64,000 nucleotides of DNA from an uncultured Bdellovibrionales bacterium (GCA_964605525.1 CAZSCV010000004.1:38667-102666); one strand, 5' to 3'. Shown: positions 1 through 9,200, counted from the first letter of the stretch. Notes: generated from the letters alone by a model not told the origin. Program-made: numbers and translations.

Positions 1-192
1 CAGTCCGGAAGATATATCAGAGTCCACGGAATTTGCGAAGATCTTGAAGATCTCTGCGAAAAAACCGGCGGATTCGGAAATACATTTTCTTTTCAGGATG
101 TACCATTCAACAATCCGGGGCAAATGACATATATTGTCGCCAAATCCGGCATGACCGTTGAGGAGGTTATGGCAGCCATTGAAGCCACCTAA
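1..192 (+). CDS. 3' end of an unidentified CDS (partial, C-terminal 63 codons)
   Basis: Frame 1 is open from the window edge to TAA at 190-192 (…RVHGICEDLEDLCEKTGGFGNTFSFQDVPFNNPGQMTYIVAKSGMTVEEVMAAIEAT*); no family recognised. Confidence 0.35.
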   Translation, partial: QSGRYIRVHGICEDLEDLCEKTGGFGNTFSFQDVPFNNPGQMTYIVAKSGMTVEEVMAAIEAT

Positions 193-293
193 GCTCTATC
201 TATCTATGCGGTCAAAGCTTTGTCCAAAATACATCAAACGATGTATGACGGACAAGGCTTTTTTATTTTATCAAAAAACCATTTTCTCTTTCA

Positions 294-330
294 TCCTCCC
301 CTCCTCGGGAGGAGGGGCTGGGGGAGGTGC
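294..330. repeat. GC-rich palindromic mini-element, copy 1 (cctcccctcctcGGGaggaggggctggggg)
   Basis: Local GC spike in AT-rich DNA; perfect hairpin arms cccctcctc/gaggagggg; related copy inside uvrC at 19166-19205. Confidence 0.5.
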
Positions 331-633
331 GAAATTATCAGAAACAAAAATCCTCATTCAAACAATTCAAAAAATATCGAATTGCCAGAACGAGGATTCT
401 CGCGGTTCCATCTAGCTTTCCGCCTCATCGGCGGACACTTTGATTGATTTTATCGACTCCGAGGCTCCAACCCCTCATCACCGCCGATTTGAATTTTCCT
501 GTTTTTAGTATATAAAATTTAATCCTTCCGGTCAAATCGATTGACTTTCTTCTTTTCTCGTGCTAACATTTTTTGATATCATATTATTGATATCTCATAG
601 CTATTTTACAAACATAACCTCGGAGGAAATACA

Positions 634-903
634 ATGAAGGTTATTACATATGACGAAGCGAATAAAATGTCTTTTTTGAAACTATTAGAACTTGCAAAAA
701 GAAACGTTGCAATAGTTTCAGAATTTCAAGAAGAGCTCCCTCCTAAATTCACATACACTCTTTTTCACATAGTAGCTCCCAGGGAAATAGTATCTCATGT
801 GTCCGAAAAAACCGGATGGGAAATAATAGAAAACAATTTTTTCATAGTCGCAGATATTGAGAAAAATGTAATTGAAATATTAGAAAATCTGGAAATTCAA
901 TAA
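634..903 (+). CDS. small hypothetical protein (89 aa), tandem paralog A
   Basis: RBS GGAGG 8 nt upstream; same length and MKVI start as the next gene. Confidence 0.5.
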   Translation: MKVITYDEANKMSFLKLLELAKRNVAIVSEFQEELPPKFTYTLFHIVAPREIVSHVSEKTGWEIIENNFFIVADIEKNVIEILENLEIQ

Positions 904-922
904 TCAAGAAAAGGAGAAAAAA

Positions 923-1183
923 ATGAAGGTCATTGATCATGAAATTGCTGCTAGTATGTCCAAGAAAGATCTTGTTGCAGGAAATTATATTATTACTGCG
1001 CAATTCTATGAAGCATTCCTTGGAGAAAAATATCCGATATGCTACGTGTCAGCTCCGGATCATCTGGTAGAATTCATAGCCAAAAAAACAAAATGGAATA
1101 AAATAGGAACTAATGAGTTTTCAATTCAAGATTCACAATCGAACATAACCAAAATTCTTGAAGCCATTAAAATGCCAGGTTAA
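923..1183 (+). CDS. small hypothetical protein (86 aa), tandem paralog B
   Basis: RBS AAGGAG upstream; paralogous to 634..903. Confidence 0.5.
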   Translation: MKVIDHEIAASMSKKDLVAGNYIITAQFYEAFLGEKYPICYVSAPDHLVEFIAKKTKWNKIGTNEFSIQDSQSNITKILEAIKMPG

Positions 1184-1212
1184 TGCCGGGTTAATATTAT
1201 TAACCAAAAAAC

Positions 1213-1263
1213 CCTCATCCGAAATGCGTCAAATTTAACGCGCAAAGGGTGAGGCTTTTTTTA
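1213..1263 (+). terminator. putative rho-independent terminator
   Basis: cctcatcc…gggtgagg stem (one G·U) followed by cttttttt. Confidence 0.35.
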
Positions 1264-1290
1264 TTTTCTCCATTTATCCTAAAAAATATA

Positions 1291-1330
1291 TTTACTACAA
1301 AACATTCACGATCGCGAGATTTTGTAGCAC
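1291..1330. promoter_or_regulatory. 37-bp palindromic element (left copy), 25 bp past the stop of 1352..1942
   Basis: tactacaaaacattcacgatcgcgagattttgtag is self-palindromic (ctacaaaa/ttttgtag arms) and followed by a T-run on the minus strand, so it can act as a terminator hairpin. Inverted copy of the element at 1951-1990. Confidence 0.5.
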
Positions 1331-1351
1331 AACAAATATCACCACCTCCAA

Positions 1352-1942
1352 CTAATCCTTTATACTGTATATTTTTTCCACAAGCATATAATCAACATAA
1401 TTTCCGATTTTTCTCATTTTTATTTCTCTTATTAAATCCGAAGTTAAAGGATATTTACTCATAAAAACACTTTTTTGCAATTGCTTGTAGTTTAAAAGAT
1501 AAAGCTCGCCTCGAAGCCAATCCCGATCTTTTCTCATATCCTCAGGAATATCAAAGATTACCACTCGGTATTTCTTATCCCATTTTTTATCCAAAACTTT
1601 TTTTCTTTTCAAAACATAATCTAAAATATTACAACCTTTTTCAGTCAACAAAAAAGAACTCCCGTCTTTTTTCACAAAACCTTGTTTTTGCAATCTACGG
1701 ATACTTTGCCTTATTGTTTTTTCTGAAAACTTTTCGCTTTTCAGTTTTTCAAAATCAATTACGCCTCTCTTTCCGGATCCACTCAGTGGATCGCCATAAT
1801 AAGAAGGATTTAAAAATATTTCAATAGTTGCTTCACCAAAAAGAGCTAGATTTGAAAATATCCAAACTCCGGCACTTATTGAATTATCTAGAATTTTTTT
1901 AGCGAATCTTTTTTCTGCTATATTTTTATCATTTTTACTCAT
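1352..1942 (-). CDS. winged-helix DNA-binding domain fused to a Cas2-like (VapD/Cas2 fold) C-terminal domain
   Basis: N-terminal wHTH (TIRQSIRRLQKQGFVKKDG…LTEKG); C-terminal segment YRVVIFDIPEDMRKDRDWLRGELYLLNYKQLQKSVF matches the Cas2 pattern [VI]x[FY]D[IV]…R…L…Q.SVF. No other cas genes in the window. Confidence 0.5.
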   Translation of the reverse strand: MSKNDKNIAEKRFAKKILDNSISAGVWIFSNLALFGEATIEIFLNPSYYGDPLSGSGKRGVIDFEKLKSEKFSEKTIRQSIRRLQKQGFVKKDGSSFLLTEKGCNILDYVLKRKKVLDKKWDKKYRVVIFDIPEDMRKDRDWLRGELYLLNYKQLQKSVFMSKYPLTSDLIREIKMRKIGNYVDYMLVEKIYSIKD

Positions 1943-1950
1943 ACCGAAAT

Positions 1951-1990
1951 TATACTACAAAATCTCGCGATCGTGAACAAACTGTAGTAT
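1951..1990. promoter_or_regulatory. 37-bp palindromic element (right copy), 9 bp upstream of the start codon of 1352..1942
   Basis: tactacaaaatctcgcgatcgtgaacaaactgtagta; reverse complement matches 1305-1327 over 23 bp (ttcacgatcgcgagattttgtag). Candidate operator. Confidence 0.5.
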
Positions 1991-2019
1991 CGATAATAAT
2001 TTATAACTAATTGACTTTT

Positions 2020-3291
2020 TTATTTTTTTATTTTCTTTCTAATTAAAGAAAATGGCTGGATGTCTTTTTTGTCAATTTGCAGGAAATAATTTTTTCCTTG
2101 TCCGCCGTGGGCGGAAAGGGCTTCTTGCATATCCTCATTGAAGATCTTTTTCAATTTTGCCAGATGATTTCCTTTTTGATCGACAATCTCAATTTCATCG
2201 CCAAGATAAATCGCATTATGCGGCTTGATTTCCACCATTCGCTTATTCGCATTATTCGTAGATTCGCATCGGTTTATGACTTCCCCGACGAACTCCCATT
2301 CTGATTCATTGTGCGAATTCTCAAAATTGTGATCCGGCTCATTGCCTAGCAAAAATCCTGCTGTGTACCCCCGATGAAAGAGCGAATTCAAATTTTCCAT
2401 TTCCTCCTTCAACACCTCTTCGTATTTTTTCTTCTCCTCCCCATTCTTAATTCTCAATTCATGCTTCATAATTCTCGAATAAGCCCGCACGACCACCGCC
2501 AAATAATACACACTTTTGTTGCGCCCTTCGATTTTGAAAGACTCTACTCCTGCATCTGCCAAGTCTTTCAAATGAGAAAGCAAATTCAAATCCTTGCTGT
2601 TAAAAAAATATGTCCCCTGCCCATCCTCCTCAACTTCCATCTCAAATTCTTTTTGATGGTCAACAACATTTATTTTCTTGTATTCCCATCGACAAGGCTG
2701 TACGCAATCTCCCAAATTGGCACTTCGCCCGCGCATCCATTTGGAAAGCATACACCGTCCGGAATAACTCATACACATCGCCCCATGCACAAAATATTCC
2801 AATTCAACATTTGGATTTTCTTTTTTGATTTCCCGAATTTCTTCAAGTGTCACTTCACGCGCCAAAACCACTCTTCTAATCCCCTGATCCGCCCAAAATT
2901 TTACCGCCCGCCAGTTGGTCGCGTTAGCCTGAGTGGAGAGATGGATTTCAATTTCCGGCAATTTTTCTTTTACCAACTCCAATATTCCCGGGTCGCTGAT
3001 TAAAACCGCATCCGCTCCGACTTTTTTCAACTCATCTAAATCTTTTTCCAATTTTTCCAAATGCGCGTTGTGCGCGTAGATATTCAGCGTGACATAAAAT
3101 TTCTTTTCCAATTTGTGCGCATATTCCACACCTTCTTTCAAGGAATTCCAATCAAAATCATTGATCCGTGCGCGCAGCGAAAAGTCCGGCACACCGGCAT
3201 ACACCGCGTCCGCCCCATAAGCAAAAGCATATTTCATTTTCTCCACGCTTCCCGCCGGCGCCAAAAGTTCCAGTTTTTTATTATCATTCAT
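2020..3291 (-). CDS. peptidase U32 family protein (collagenase-like YhbU/YegQ type)
   Basis: LELLAPAGS…AVYAG…, conserved Cys-rich segment GAMCMSYSGRCMLS, 423 aa. Confidence 0.85.
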   Translation of the reverse strand: MNDNKKLELLAPAGSVEKMKYAFAYGADAVYAGVPDFSLRARINDFDWNSLKEGVEYAHKLEKKFYVTLNIYAHNAHLEKLEKDLDELKKVGADAVLISDPGILELVKEKLPEIEIHLSTQANATNWRAVKFWADQGIRRVVLAREVTLEEIREIKKENPNVELEYFVHGAMCMSYSGRCMLSKWMRGRSANLGDCVQPCRWEYKKINVVDHQKEFEMEVEEDGQGTYFFNSKDLNLLSHLKDLADAGVESFKIEGRNKSVYYLAVVVRAYSRIMKHELRIKNGEEKKKYEEVLKEEMENLNSLFHRGYTAGFLLGNEPDHNFENSHNESEWEFVGEVINRCESTNNANKRMVEIKPHNAIYLGDEIEIVDQKGNHLAKLKKIFNEDMQEALSAHGGQGKNYFLQIDKKDIQPFSLIRKKIKK

Positions 3292-3336
3292 GTACTGTAA
3301 TATAACGCAAGGTTCAGCTTAAAGCAACCTCAAAAA

Positions 3337-4440
3337 TTATCTTCTCGTGTTTGGCGGTTTTTCGATGCGAATTTTGAATATATCGCTGTTTTTTTCTCCG
3401 GGGGTTCCGAAATTTTCTTCCGGATTGTCCCAAAAATATCCACTGGCACAAATCTCTCTTTCGCAAGTATGCCAATTTTTTTCTTCCAATCCATTTCCAT
3501 ATTCATTATTTCTTTCCATTGATTTTTTATTATTTCCGTTTTCTCCAAAAAACCATTCGACGCCCATTACTTCATCCTCTATATTTTCTTTCTCATTTTT
3601 CAATACCAAATTTCCATTTCCGAAATTTGACAAAGAAATACTGGAATTAACTTCATCAACTTCAACCGCAAGCGCGGAATTCGCACTTTCATCGGAATAA
3701 TTAGAAATCAGAAAATACCCATTAGAATCAATACTCTTTCCGCCAGGAATTTTCAGACTATTCCCGCTTGACCTAGCGTTTTCAATTTCCCAACCGCCAA
3801 TATCGATTTTTTCATCGGACAAATTTCGCAGTTCAATCCATTCATCCGAAGAAGAAGCAGTCGAACCCATCCACATTACCTCATTGATAATCACTTTCTT
3901 TTTTGGTTCGTCTATAAAAACAACTTCATTTCCTGATATTTCCTCCGCATCATTCCATCCTTGTTTAAAAGAAAAATTTTTTTGCCACGCGTTGAAATAA
4001 ACATCGAATTTACATTTTTCTTCCCAATCTCCGTCTCCAACTTTTAATTCTAAATTCCAATTGATATTTTTTTTCGCTTTCAAATTATCCGAATATGAAA
4101 AATCTTCCAATTTTCCATCAAAAATTTCTTCACCTTCCGCTTTCGCCTTAATATTCAATTGTCCACACAAATCTCCTGATACGTTTTCAGTAAAAATTTT
4201 ATAATCAAAATCGATTGTTCCTTTATTTTTAAGATAAAATTCTTGAAAAAATTCATCACCTTCCACAACATTTCTTTGAACAAACGGATCAGCTCCGTCG
4301 ATTTTCATATCCAACATCCCCGCCTTAAACAAATTTTTTTTTGTTTTTTCGCTATCTTCAAAAAACGCCTGCGCATCCGAAGACAAAGCAAATAAAATAA
4401 ACAATACTACAACTGAAATTTTGCAAAAATCAACCTTCAT
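3337..4440 (-). CDS. secreted protein with a lamin-tail domain (LTD)
   Basis: Signal peptide MKVDFCKISVVVLFILFALSSDAQA; LTD motif VIINEVMW…DEWIELRNLSDEKIDIGGWEI. Start placed at the internal Met; the ORF as listed extends to 4461. Confidence 0.55.
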   Translation of the reverse strand: MKVDFCKISVVVLFILFALSSDAQAFFEDSEKTKKNLFKAGMLDMKIDGADPFVQRNVVEGDEFFQEFYLKNKGTIDFDYKIFTENVSGDLCGQLNIKAKAEGEEIFDGKLEDFSYSDNLKAKKNINWNLELKVGDGDWEEKCKFDVYFNAWQKNFSFKQGWNDAEEISGNEVVFIDEPKKKVIINEVMWMGSTASSSDEWIELRNLSDEKIDIGGWEIENARSSGNSLKIPGGKSIDSNGYFLISNYSDESANSALAVEVDEVNSSISLSNFGNGNLVLKNEKENIEDEVMGVEWFFGENGNNKKSMERNNEYGNGLEEKNWHTCEREICASGYFWDNPEENFGTPGEKNSDIFKIRIEKPPNTRR

Positions 4441-4969
4441 AAATCTTCTTTTTTGTGTCATTTTTCAACTTTTTCATCCTCACGATTTCACTTTTTATTT
4501 TTCCAAATTCATCAAAAATAATAATCAAAGCGGGAACGACTACCAATGTCGCGAATCCATATGGTTGTTTTGCAGTATGAATAACATATCCCAAATACGG
4601 AACCGTCAAAAAAACTTTCCCGATAATATTTTCCTGTGCAACTTCATTAAAATCACGTTCCGAATTAGCATCTCCTTTGGTTGCATATTTTTTTTCTCCA
4701 TCTTTTTCTTTTATTTCAATGATGCGATGAGTGATTGTTTTTTTTGGCGTTTTTGCGTCCGCAAAACTAACAATATCATTAGCATTATAATTTTCCGCCG
4801 ATTTAACGGCTACAATGCTTCCGGTTTTGACGGCGGGCTCCATCGATCCCGACTGTACCACCATCACTCGATAATATCCAAAAATCGGAAAAACAGACAT
4901 CGCCAAAAACAAAACCACTATTATAACGGCTCCGAAAAAAACATAAGAAATAAGTTCAAATATTTTCAT
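4430..4969 (-). CDS. signal peptidase I, SipW type (S26 family)
   Basis: N-terminal TM segment, catalytic segment VVQSGSMEP…, length and layout of archaeal/eukaryal-type SipW; lies next to TasA-like genes. Confidence 0.7.
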   Translation of the reverse strand: MKIFELISYVFFGAVIIVVLFLAMSVFPIFGYYRVMVVQSGSMEPAVKTGSIVAVKSAENYNANDIVSFADAKTPKKTITHRIIEIKEKDGEKKYATKGDANSERDFNEVAQENIIGKVFLTVPYLGYVIHTAKQPYGFATLVVVPALIIIFDEFGKIKSEIVRMKKLKNDTKKKIYEG

Positions 4970-5040
4970 ACTATATAAAACTTCATCCCCCGACCCGCAA
5001 AAGATCGGGAAGAAAGTTTCAAAAAAACTCAAAAACTTGT

Positions 5041-5772
5041 TTACGGAAATATTTTATCGGGATTATCTTCCGATTGAACCACTTGCATTGTTATTTTTCC
5101 CGAAACGGAATCACCTTGCAAAATATTTCCTTCATTTTCCGGCAGGCTCCATTTTATTCCCAAATAATATGTACTAGAAGCGACGATTTCTTCCGGCAAG
5201 ACAATCCAGCCTATATTATGAATATTACTAGCTGAAACGTCTTCCAATAACGCTCTTTCTGCGCCATCCATAATTTTATTTCCTTCGCCAGGATCGGACG
5301 CACACGCCGGCATGTTTGTCGAACATTGCCAACCGGAAATCTCCCCTTCGTCCATCCAAAAAGTAAAAAGGAGTTTTTCTCCAAACTCTCCTTCTTCCAT
5401 TCCCGGATCTCCACAGGTTGAGTCTTCTTTTTCTTCCGGTTCACCGCAAGAGTTTTCCCAATCATAAAGACTGGACAAACTTATTCGTCCCCAAGCATTG
5501 TCGCTATACACGTGCCAGCTAATGGCAGATGATCGGCTGTCGCCCGGTGTGACACTATATTCGGAAAAAAATGGACGGTTATCCACCAAATCGCGCTCGG
5601 AAAACGAGCAATCAACTCCGGAACATTGATAGTCCACTTTTAAATCGATTGCGCTTGCGCTGAAAGTATTGCCGACGCTTTTTTCGGTGTCGCCAAAAAA
5701 AGACATCGTACCGCCAACCAAAACGATACTTGCCACTCCGATTGTTCCTAGGCTAAACAGTATCTTTTTCAT
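5041..5772 (-). CDS. TasA/camelysin-like secreted protein with SipW-cognate signal peptide
   Basis: N-terminus MKKILFSLGTIGVASIVLVGGTMSFFGDTEKSVGNTFSASAIDL fits the SipW-cognate class (GG(G)T…F.D.E…N.F.AG.LDL). Confidence 0.6.
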   Translation of the reverse strand: MKKILFSLGTIGVASIVLVGGTMSFFGDTEKSVGNTFSASAIDLKVDYQCSGVDCSFSERDLVDNRPFFSEYSVTPGDSRSSAISWHVYSDNAWGRISLSSLYDWENSCGEPEEKEDSTCGDPGMEEGEFGEKLLFTFWMDEGEISGWQCSTNMPACASDPGEGNKIMDGAERALLEDVSASNIHNIGWIVLPEEIVASSTYYLGIKWSLPENEGNILQGDSVSGKITMQVVQSEDNPDKIFP

Positions 5773-5828
5773 AATAATTTTCTATTCTCAGATAACTACT
5801 TTCCTTGAAAACTGAGAGTATATAGAAA

Positions 5829-6422
5829 TTAATCTTCTATTTCACCTATCGGAGCGCAAGCTCCTGTCTTTTGAGTAGCTGTAATCAACAAATCTCCCTT
5901 AAATGAATCAGTTTGAACACTGTTATCAGTTCCTTCCGGAAGCTCCCATTTGATCACATAAGTCCCCGCTCCCAATTCTCCCAAGGAATATTCTCCATCC
6001 TCGGTAAATTGACCGCTTGCAAGTTCAGTTGTTCCATTCGCAGCATAAATTCCAAAAACCATTTCATCGTTCAATTCTCCCTCACCATCTGGCGTACAAC
6101 CAGTTTCATCACTTTGTTCCGGCTCAGTACAGGTATTATCTTTATCATCACGAAGATCAACACTTGCCACTCCGCACGCCGCCACACCAGTGGAGCTTAT
6201 TGCAAATGTTTTTTCTCCATGCGACCCCGGAACCAAATTTGATTCATTAAAAATAGGCGAAGTCATTTCATCGCCATCAACATTGACAATCAAATCCAAA
6301 CTGCCGGCTGTAAATGTGTTTCCATTGCTTTCTTCCTTATCGGAAAAGAGAGCTCCGGTGGAACCGACTACAACCGCAACCGCCGCAAAAATAATTGCTG
6401 TACTTAAAAATATTTTTTTCAT
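5829..6422 (-). CDS. TasA/camelysin-like secreted protein with SipW-cognate signal peptide (paralog)
   Basis: MKKIFLSTAIIFAAVAVVVGSTGALFSDKEESNGNTFTAGSLDL. Confidence 0.6.
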   Translation of the reverse strand: MKKIFLSTAIIFAAVAVVVGSTGALFSDKEESNGNTFTAGSLDLIVNVDGDEMTSPIFNESNLVPGSHGEKTFAISSTGVAACGVASVDLRDDKDNTCTEPEQSDETGCTPDGEGELNDEMVFGIYAANGTTELASGQFTEDGEYSLGELGAGTYVIKWELPEGTDNSVQTDSFKGDLLITATQKTGACAPIGEIED

Positions 6423-6595
6423 AATTTTTTTGTTATTATTTTTTAAATTATTTTCAATACTTATTTTATAAAAATAAGTATTTTTGAAACTTTGGAAGTT
6501 TCCACCTCGACCTTTAAATATTTAAACAACCGTTTAAATAATAAATAAATTTATAAATACTTACTGTTAAAAAACAAAAAACCGAGTTTCATTAA

Positions 6596-6622
6596 TATGC
6601 AAAAAAATATTTTTGCATATTA
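6596..6622. promoter_or_regulatory. perfect 11-bp-arm palindrome atatgcaaaaa-aat-atttttgcatat, ~175 bp upstream of the TasA-like gene
   Basis: Seen directly in the sequence; candidate operator. Confidence 0.3.
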
Positions 6623-6753
6623 AATTAGATCGGTTTTGCCATTTGACTCCCCGCGCAATAATGGGCAACCATTTTTAGCTTTCTGCGCGGATCATAGCCT
6701 TCTAATTTTCTTTTTTATTTTGTACTCTCATTATCTCAACTGAGATTTTATAG

Positions 6754-7026
6754 TCAAGCAAACTTATCCACAGTAAAATTCCAAGTATTCGCCACTGCTT
6801 GGGCGATGCGGCGGGTAGTGAAATTTTCCGGCATATCCGAAGCAACTTCCAATTTCATATCTTCTGAATTTATTTTGTTTTTAGCAAGCATTTCATCGAT
6901 TTTTGAAAGCAAATCCCGGCTCAAACTGCTTCCATCTTTCCATTTGAGATTATCCAAAACCTCTCCGCCTTTTTTCAAGACAAGAAAAATATTATTATCT
7001 TTAATTTTGATTTCTAAAATATACAT
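6754..7026 (-). CDS. short TsaB(YeaZ)-like N-terminal fragment (90 aa), possibly a truncated remnant
   Basis: MYILEIKIKDNNIFLVLKKGGEVL…SRDLLSKIDEMLAKNKINSEDMK parallels the first domain of TsaB (MLILALDTS…GEVL…S(E)RLLP.ID.LL..AG..L.DL); lacks the rest of the protein. Confidence 0.3.
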   Translation of the reverse strand: MYILEIKIKDNNIFLVLKKGGEVLDNLKWKDGSSLSRDLLSKIDEMLAKNKINSEDMKLEVASDMPENFTTRRIAQAVANTWNFTVDKFA

Positions 7027-7028
7027 CC

Positions 7029-7829
7029 TTATTTTTCAATTTTATTCCAATCAAAATTCCACGGGTCATCTTTTCTTCCCGGAGAAATTTGATTGTGTCC
7101 CAAGACATATTTTATCTCATACTCTCCTTTTAAATAATCAAGGAGTCCACTCAGCGCGACGTATTGCTCCGCGGTATACTTCTCTTTTTTTGTGTTCATC
7201 AGTTCAATCCCCAAAGAAAAATCATTCACTCCTGTCCGACCGTCAGGAACTTGCGACTGCCCGGCATGGTACGCAATATTTTTATCCTCAACCAAACGGT
7301 AAACACTTCCCTCGCGATCAATCAAATAATGCGGGGCTACTCCGTATTGCTTGTACTCATCAATCAACCCGCGCACATTATATGGCTCGCTCCCCAGCGC
7401 GTCATAAGAAGAATGAATGATTATGGTATCAATATTCCGGCTGGATTTTTTGGCATATCCCCAAGAAACCAAATTCTGAAAAATTTTCAAATCGCTATCT
7501 TTCACTTCCTCTTTTTTGATTTCCGCATCCGCTCCATTTTCCGCACTTTTGTTCTCGCTGGTAACAGGAGCATCCTCCTCTTTGATTTTCCCGCCGGCAA
7601 CTTCAACAGCGCCAGAGGTTGCATCACCGACATCCGCATTTTTAATCCCGCCTACCTTCATCACTTCTTTTGTTTGGATATTCGCATTGAAACTTTCAGC
7701 CTCACTTAAATTCTCAATCACAAGCTCTCCCTTTTCCCTGCCGGAGAAAAAAAACCAAAAACTCACCGCCAAAATGACGATGAGAATTGCAAACAAAATG
7801 TAGATATATTTTGTGTTTTTGATTGTCAT
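7029..7829 (-). CDS. N-acetylmuramoyl-L-alanine amidase (Amidase_2/PGRP family), membrane-anchored
   Basis: N-terminal TM; IIIHSS…AYHAG…NDFSLGIEL motif. Confidence 0.8.
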   Translation of the reverse strand: MTIKNTKYIYILFAILIVILAVSFWFFFSGREKGELVIENLSEAESFNANIQTKEVMKVGGIKNADVGDATSGAVEVAGGKIKEEDAPVTSENKSAENGADAEIKKEEVKDSDLKIFQNLVSWGYAKKSSRNIDTIIIHSSYDALGSEPYNVRGLIDEYKQYGVAPHYLIDREGSVYRLVEDKNIAYHAGQSQVPDGRTGVNDFSLGIELMNTKKEKYTAEQYVALSGLLDYLKGEYEIKYVLGHNQISPGRKDDPWNFDWNKIEK

Positions 7830-7838
7830 TGAAATTTT

Positions 7839-8186
7839 TTAAAAATATCCGCCGCAACACCCAGAAGCTTTTTCCAGGCAATCGCAATCGTCAAGATTGA
7901 GCTCATATACTCCGCCAGCAAGATTGATAACATCCTTTCCACTCTGCGCCAGCATCTGCGCCACATATCCGCTCCGGCTTCCGCTCCGACAAACAAAAAC
8001 AACTTTCTTACTCCAATCGATTTTGTCCAAACTGTTTCCAATTTCAGAAAGAGGAATCAATTTCGATCCTTTGATTTTTATCAAGTCATATTCGTCCTTC
8101 TCCCGCACATCAATAATCTCAAGATTTTCCCCCTCATTATCCAGCATCTCTTTGAAATCTTTTGAATTGATATTTTCAAGCGCCAT
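7839..8186 (-). CDS. rhodanese-domain sulfurtransferase with C-terminal Cys cluster
   Basis: Active-site loop VCRSGSRS; C-terminus CDCLEKASGCCGGYF. Confidence 0.7.
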   Translation of the reverse strand: MALENINSKDFKEMLDNEGENLEIIDVREKDEYDLIKIKGSKLIPLSEIGNSLDKIDWSKKVVFVCRSGSRSGYVAQMLAQSGKDVINLAGGVYELNLDDCDCLEKASGCCGGYF

Positions 8187-8355
8187 ATTTTTTAGTTATA
8201 AAGTTTACACAACCAGATAACAAGACTCTCGGTTTTCCGGAAAAATGTTTTTTTCGTAGCTGTCCGTGTCCCTCGAAAGGACCGGAGAAAAAAATATTTT
8301 TCCGGAAAACCATACGGAAACCATCCAGATATGCAAATTTCAAGTTATTTGTATT

Positions 8356-9033
8356 TTAACCCTTTTTGGATATTTTATCAAAGTAAATCGACACATCACT
8401 AATCCATTTTTTCACACCCGCCGGATCATGCCCCGCGCAAGTCGATCCGCATTTCCAAACAATCATCTTTGAAGGAGTATTCAATTTTTTATTCACTAAC
8501 TCTTGAATTCTTCCTCCAATAGCATTCACTCCCTCCTCAGGACTAGCAAAACACCCATAACCCAAAGAATGTCCCAAGCTACCGCCTCCTTTGTATCCCC
8601 AATAATTATAACAAGTTTTACCATCCTTAGACGGCGCATGTTTTCCCCAATCGCTTTCCTTTTTGGCAATTCCCACAATCAAACCGGCAATTTTTCTGTC
8701 ATATTCGGAGATATAAGGAATCATTTCTTCGATTGGATATCCCGCCGCAATTTCACGCAACTGATTTTCCAGCGCCTTTTTTTCCGGATCAATTTTCTCC
8801 TCATCGCCACTACTGAAATTATACTCTGAACCTAAAAAATTCTTTTCACCGGAAAGAACACTCAAATATTCTTCCTCTTCCCAGACTGAATTTTTCAATT
8901 CTTTTCCCTGGGCAAAATTTGCTCCAAAAATAGAATCGATCCGGCTGTAAAAAAAACAGCCTGAGATAATCACCAGGATGGATGCGATTATTATTTTCCC
9001 ACAAAACCCCGAAGGATTTTTACTCATAAACAA
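8356..9033 (-). CDS. membrane-anchored GH73-like glucosaminidase-domain protein
   Basis: IAKKESDWGK…YNYWGYKGG resembles the GH73 motif ESGWG…NNLFGIK; Cys-rich C-terminus. Confidence 0.45.
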   Translation of the reverse strand: MFMSKNPSGFCGKIIIASILVIISGCFFYSRIDSIFGANFAQGKELKNSVWEEEEYLSVLSGEKNFLGSEYNFSSGDEEKIDPEKKALENQLREIAAGYPIEEMIPYISEYDRKIAGLIVGIAKKESDWGKHAPSKDGKTCYNYWGYKGGGSLGHSLGYGCFASPEEGVNAIGGRIQELVNKKLNTPSKMIVWKCGSTCAGHDPAGVKKWISDVSIYFDKISKKG

Positions 9034-9200
9034 ATAAATTACTGATTATTTTTTCAACATGCATTCTAGGATAGCAAAAAAACAGCCCGGTGTCAATAAC
9101 CGGTTTTATCCATTGTTTAAGCTGAAAACAAAGGCCACCAAAATGAATTGGCGGCTAAAAAGTAAAAATTCCACTATTTACAATAATTCTCTTTTATGTT

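Noticed and set aside
158-447. Two overlapping + strand ORFs (85 and 75 aa) over the region 158-447
   Set aside because: They run through the GC-rich palindromic mini-element (294-330), have no RBS, and encode low-complexity Gly/Pro runs. They are interpreted as open frames created by the repeat, not genes.
6806-7709. Two + strand ORFs (204 and 181 aa) overlapping the amidase gene
   Set aside because: Antisense to a well-supported Amidase_2 CDS with membrane anchor and catalytic motifs; no independent support.
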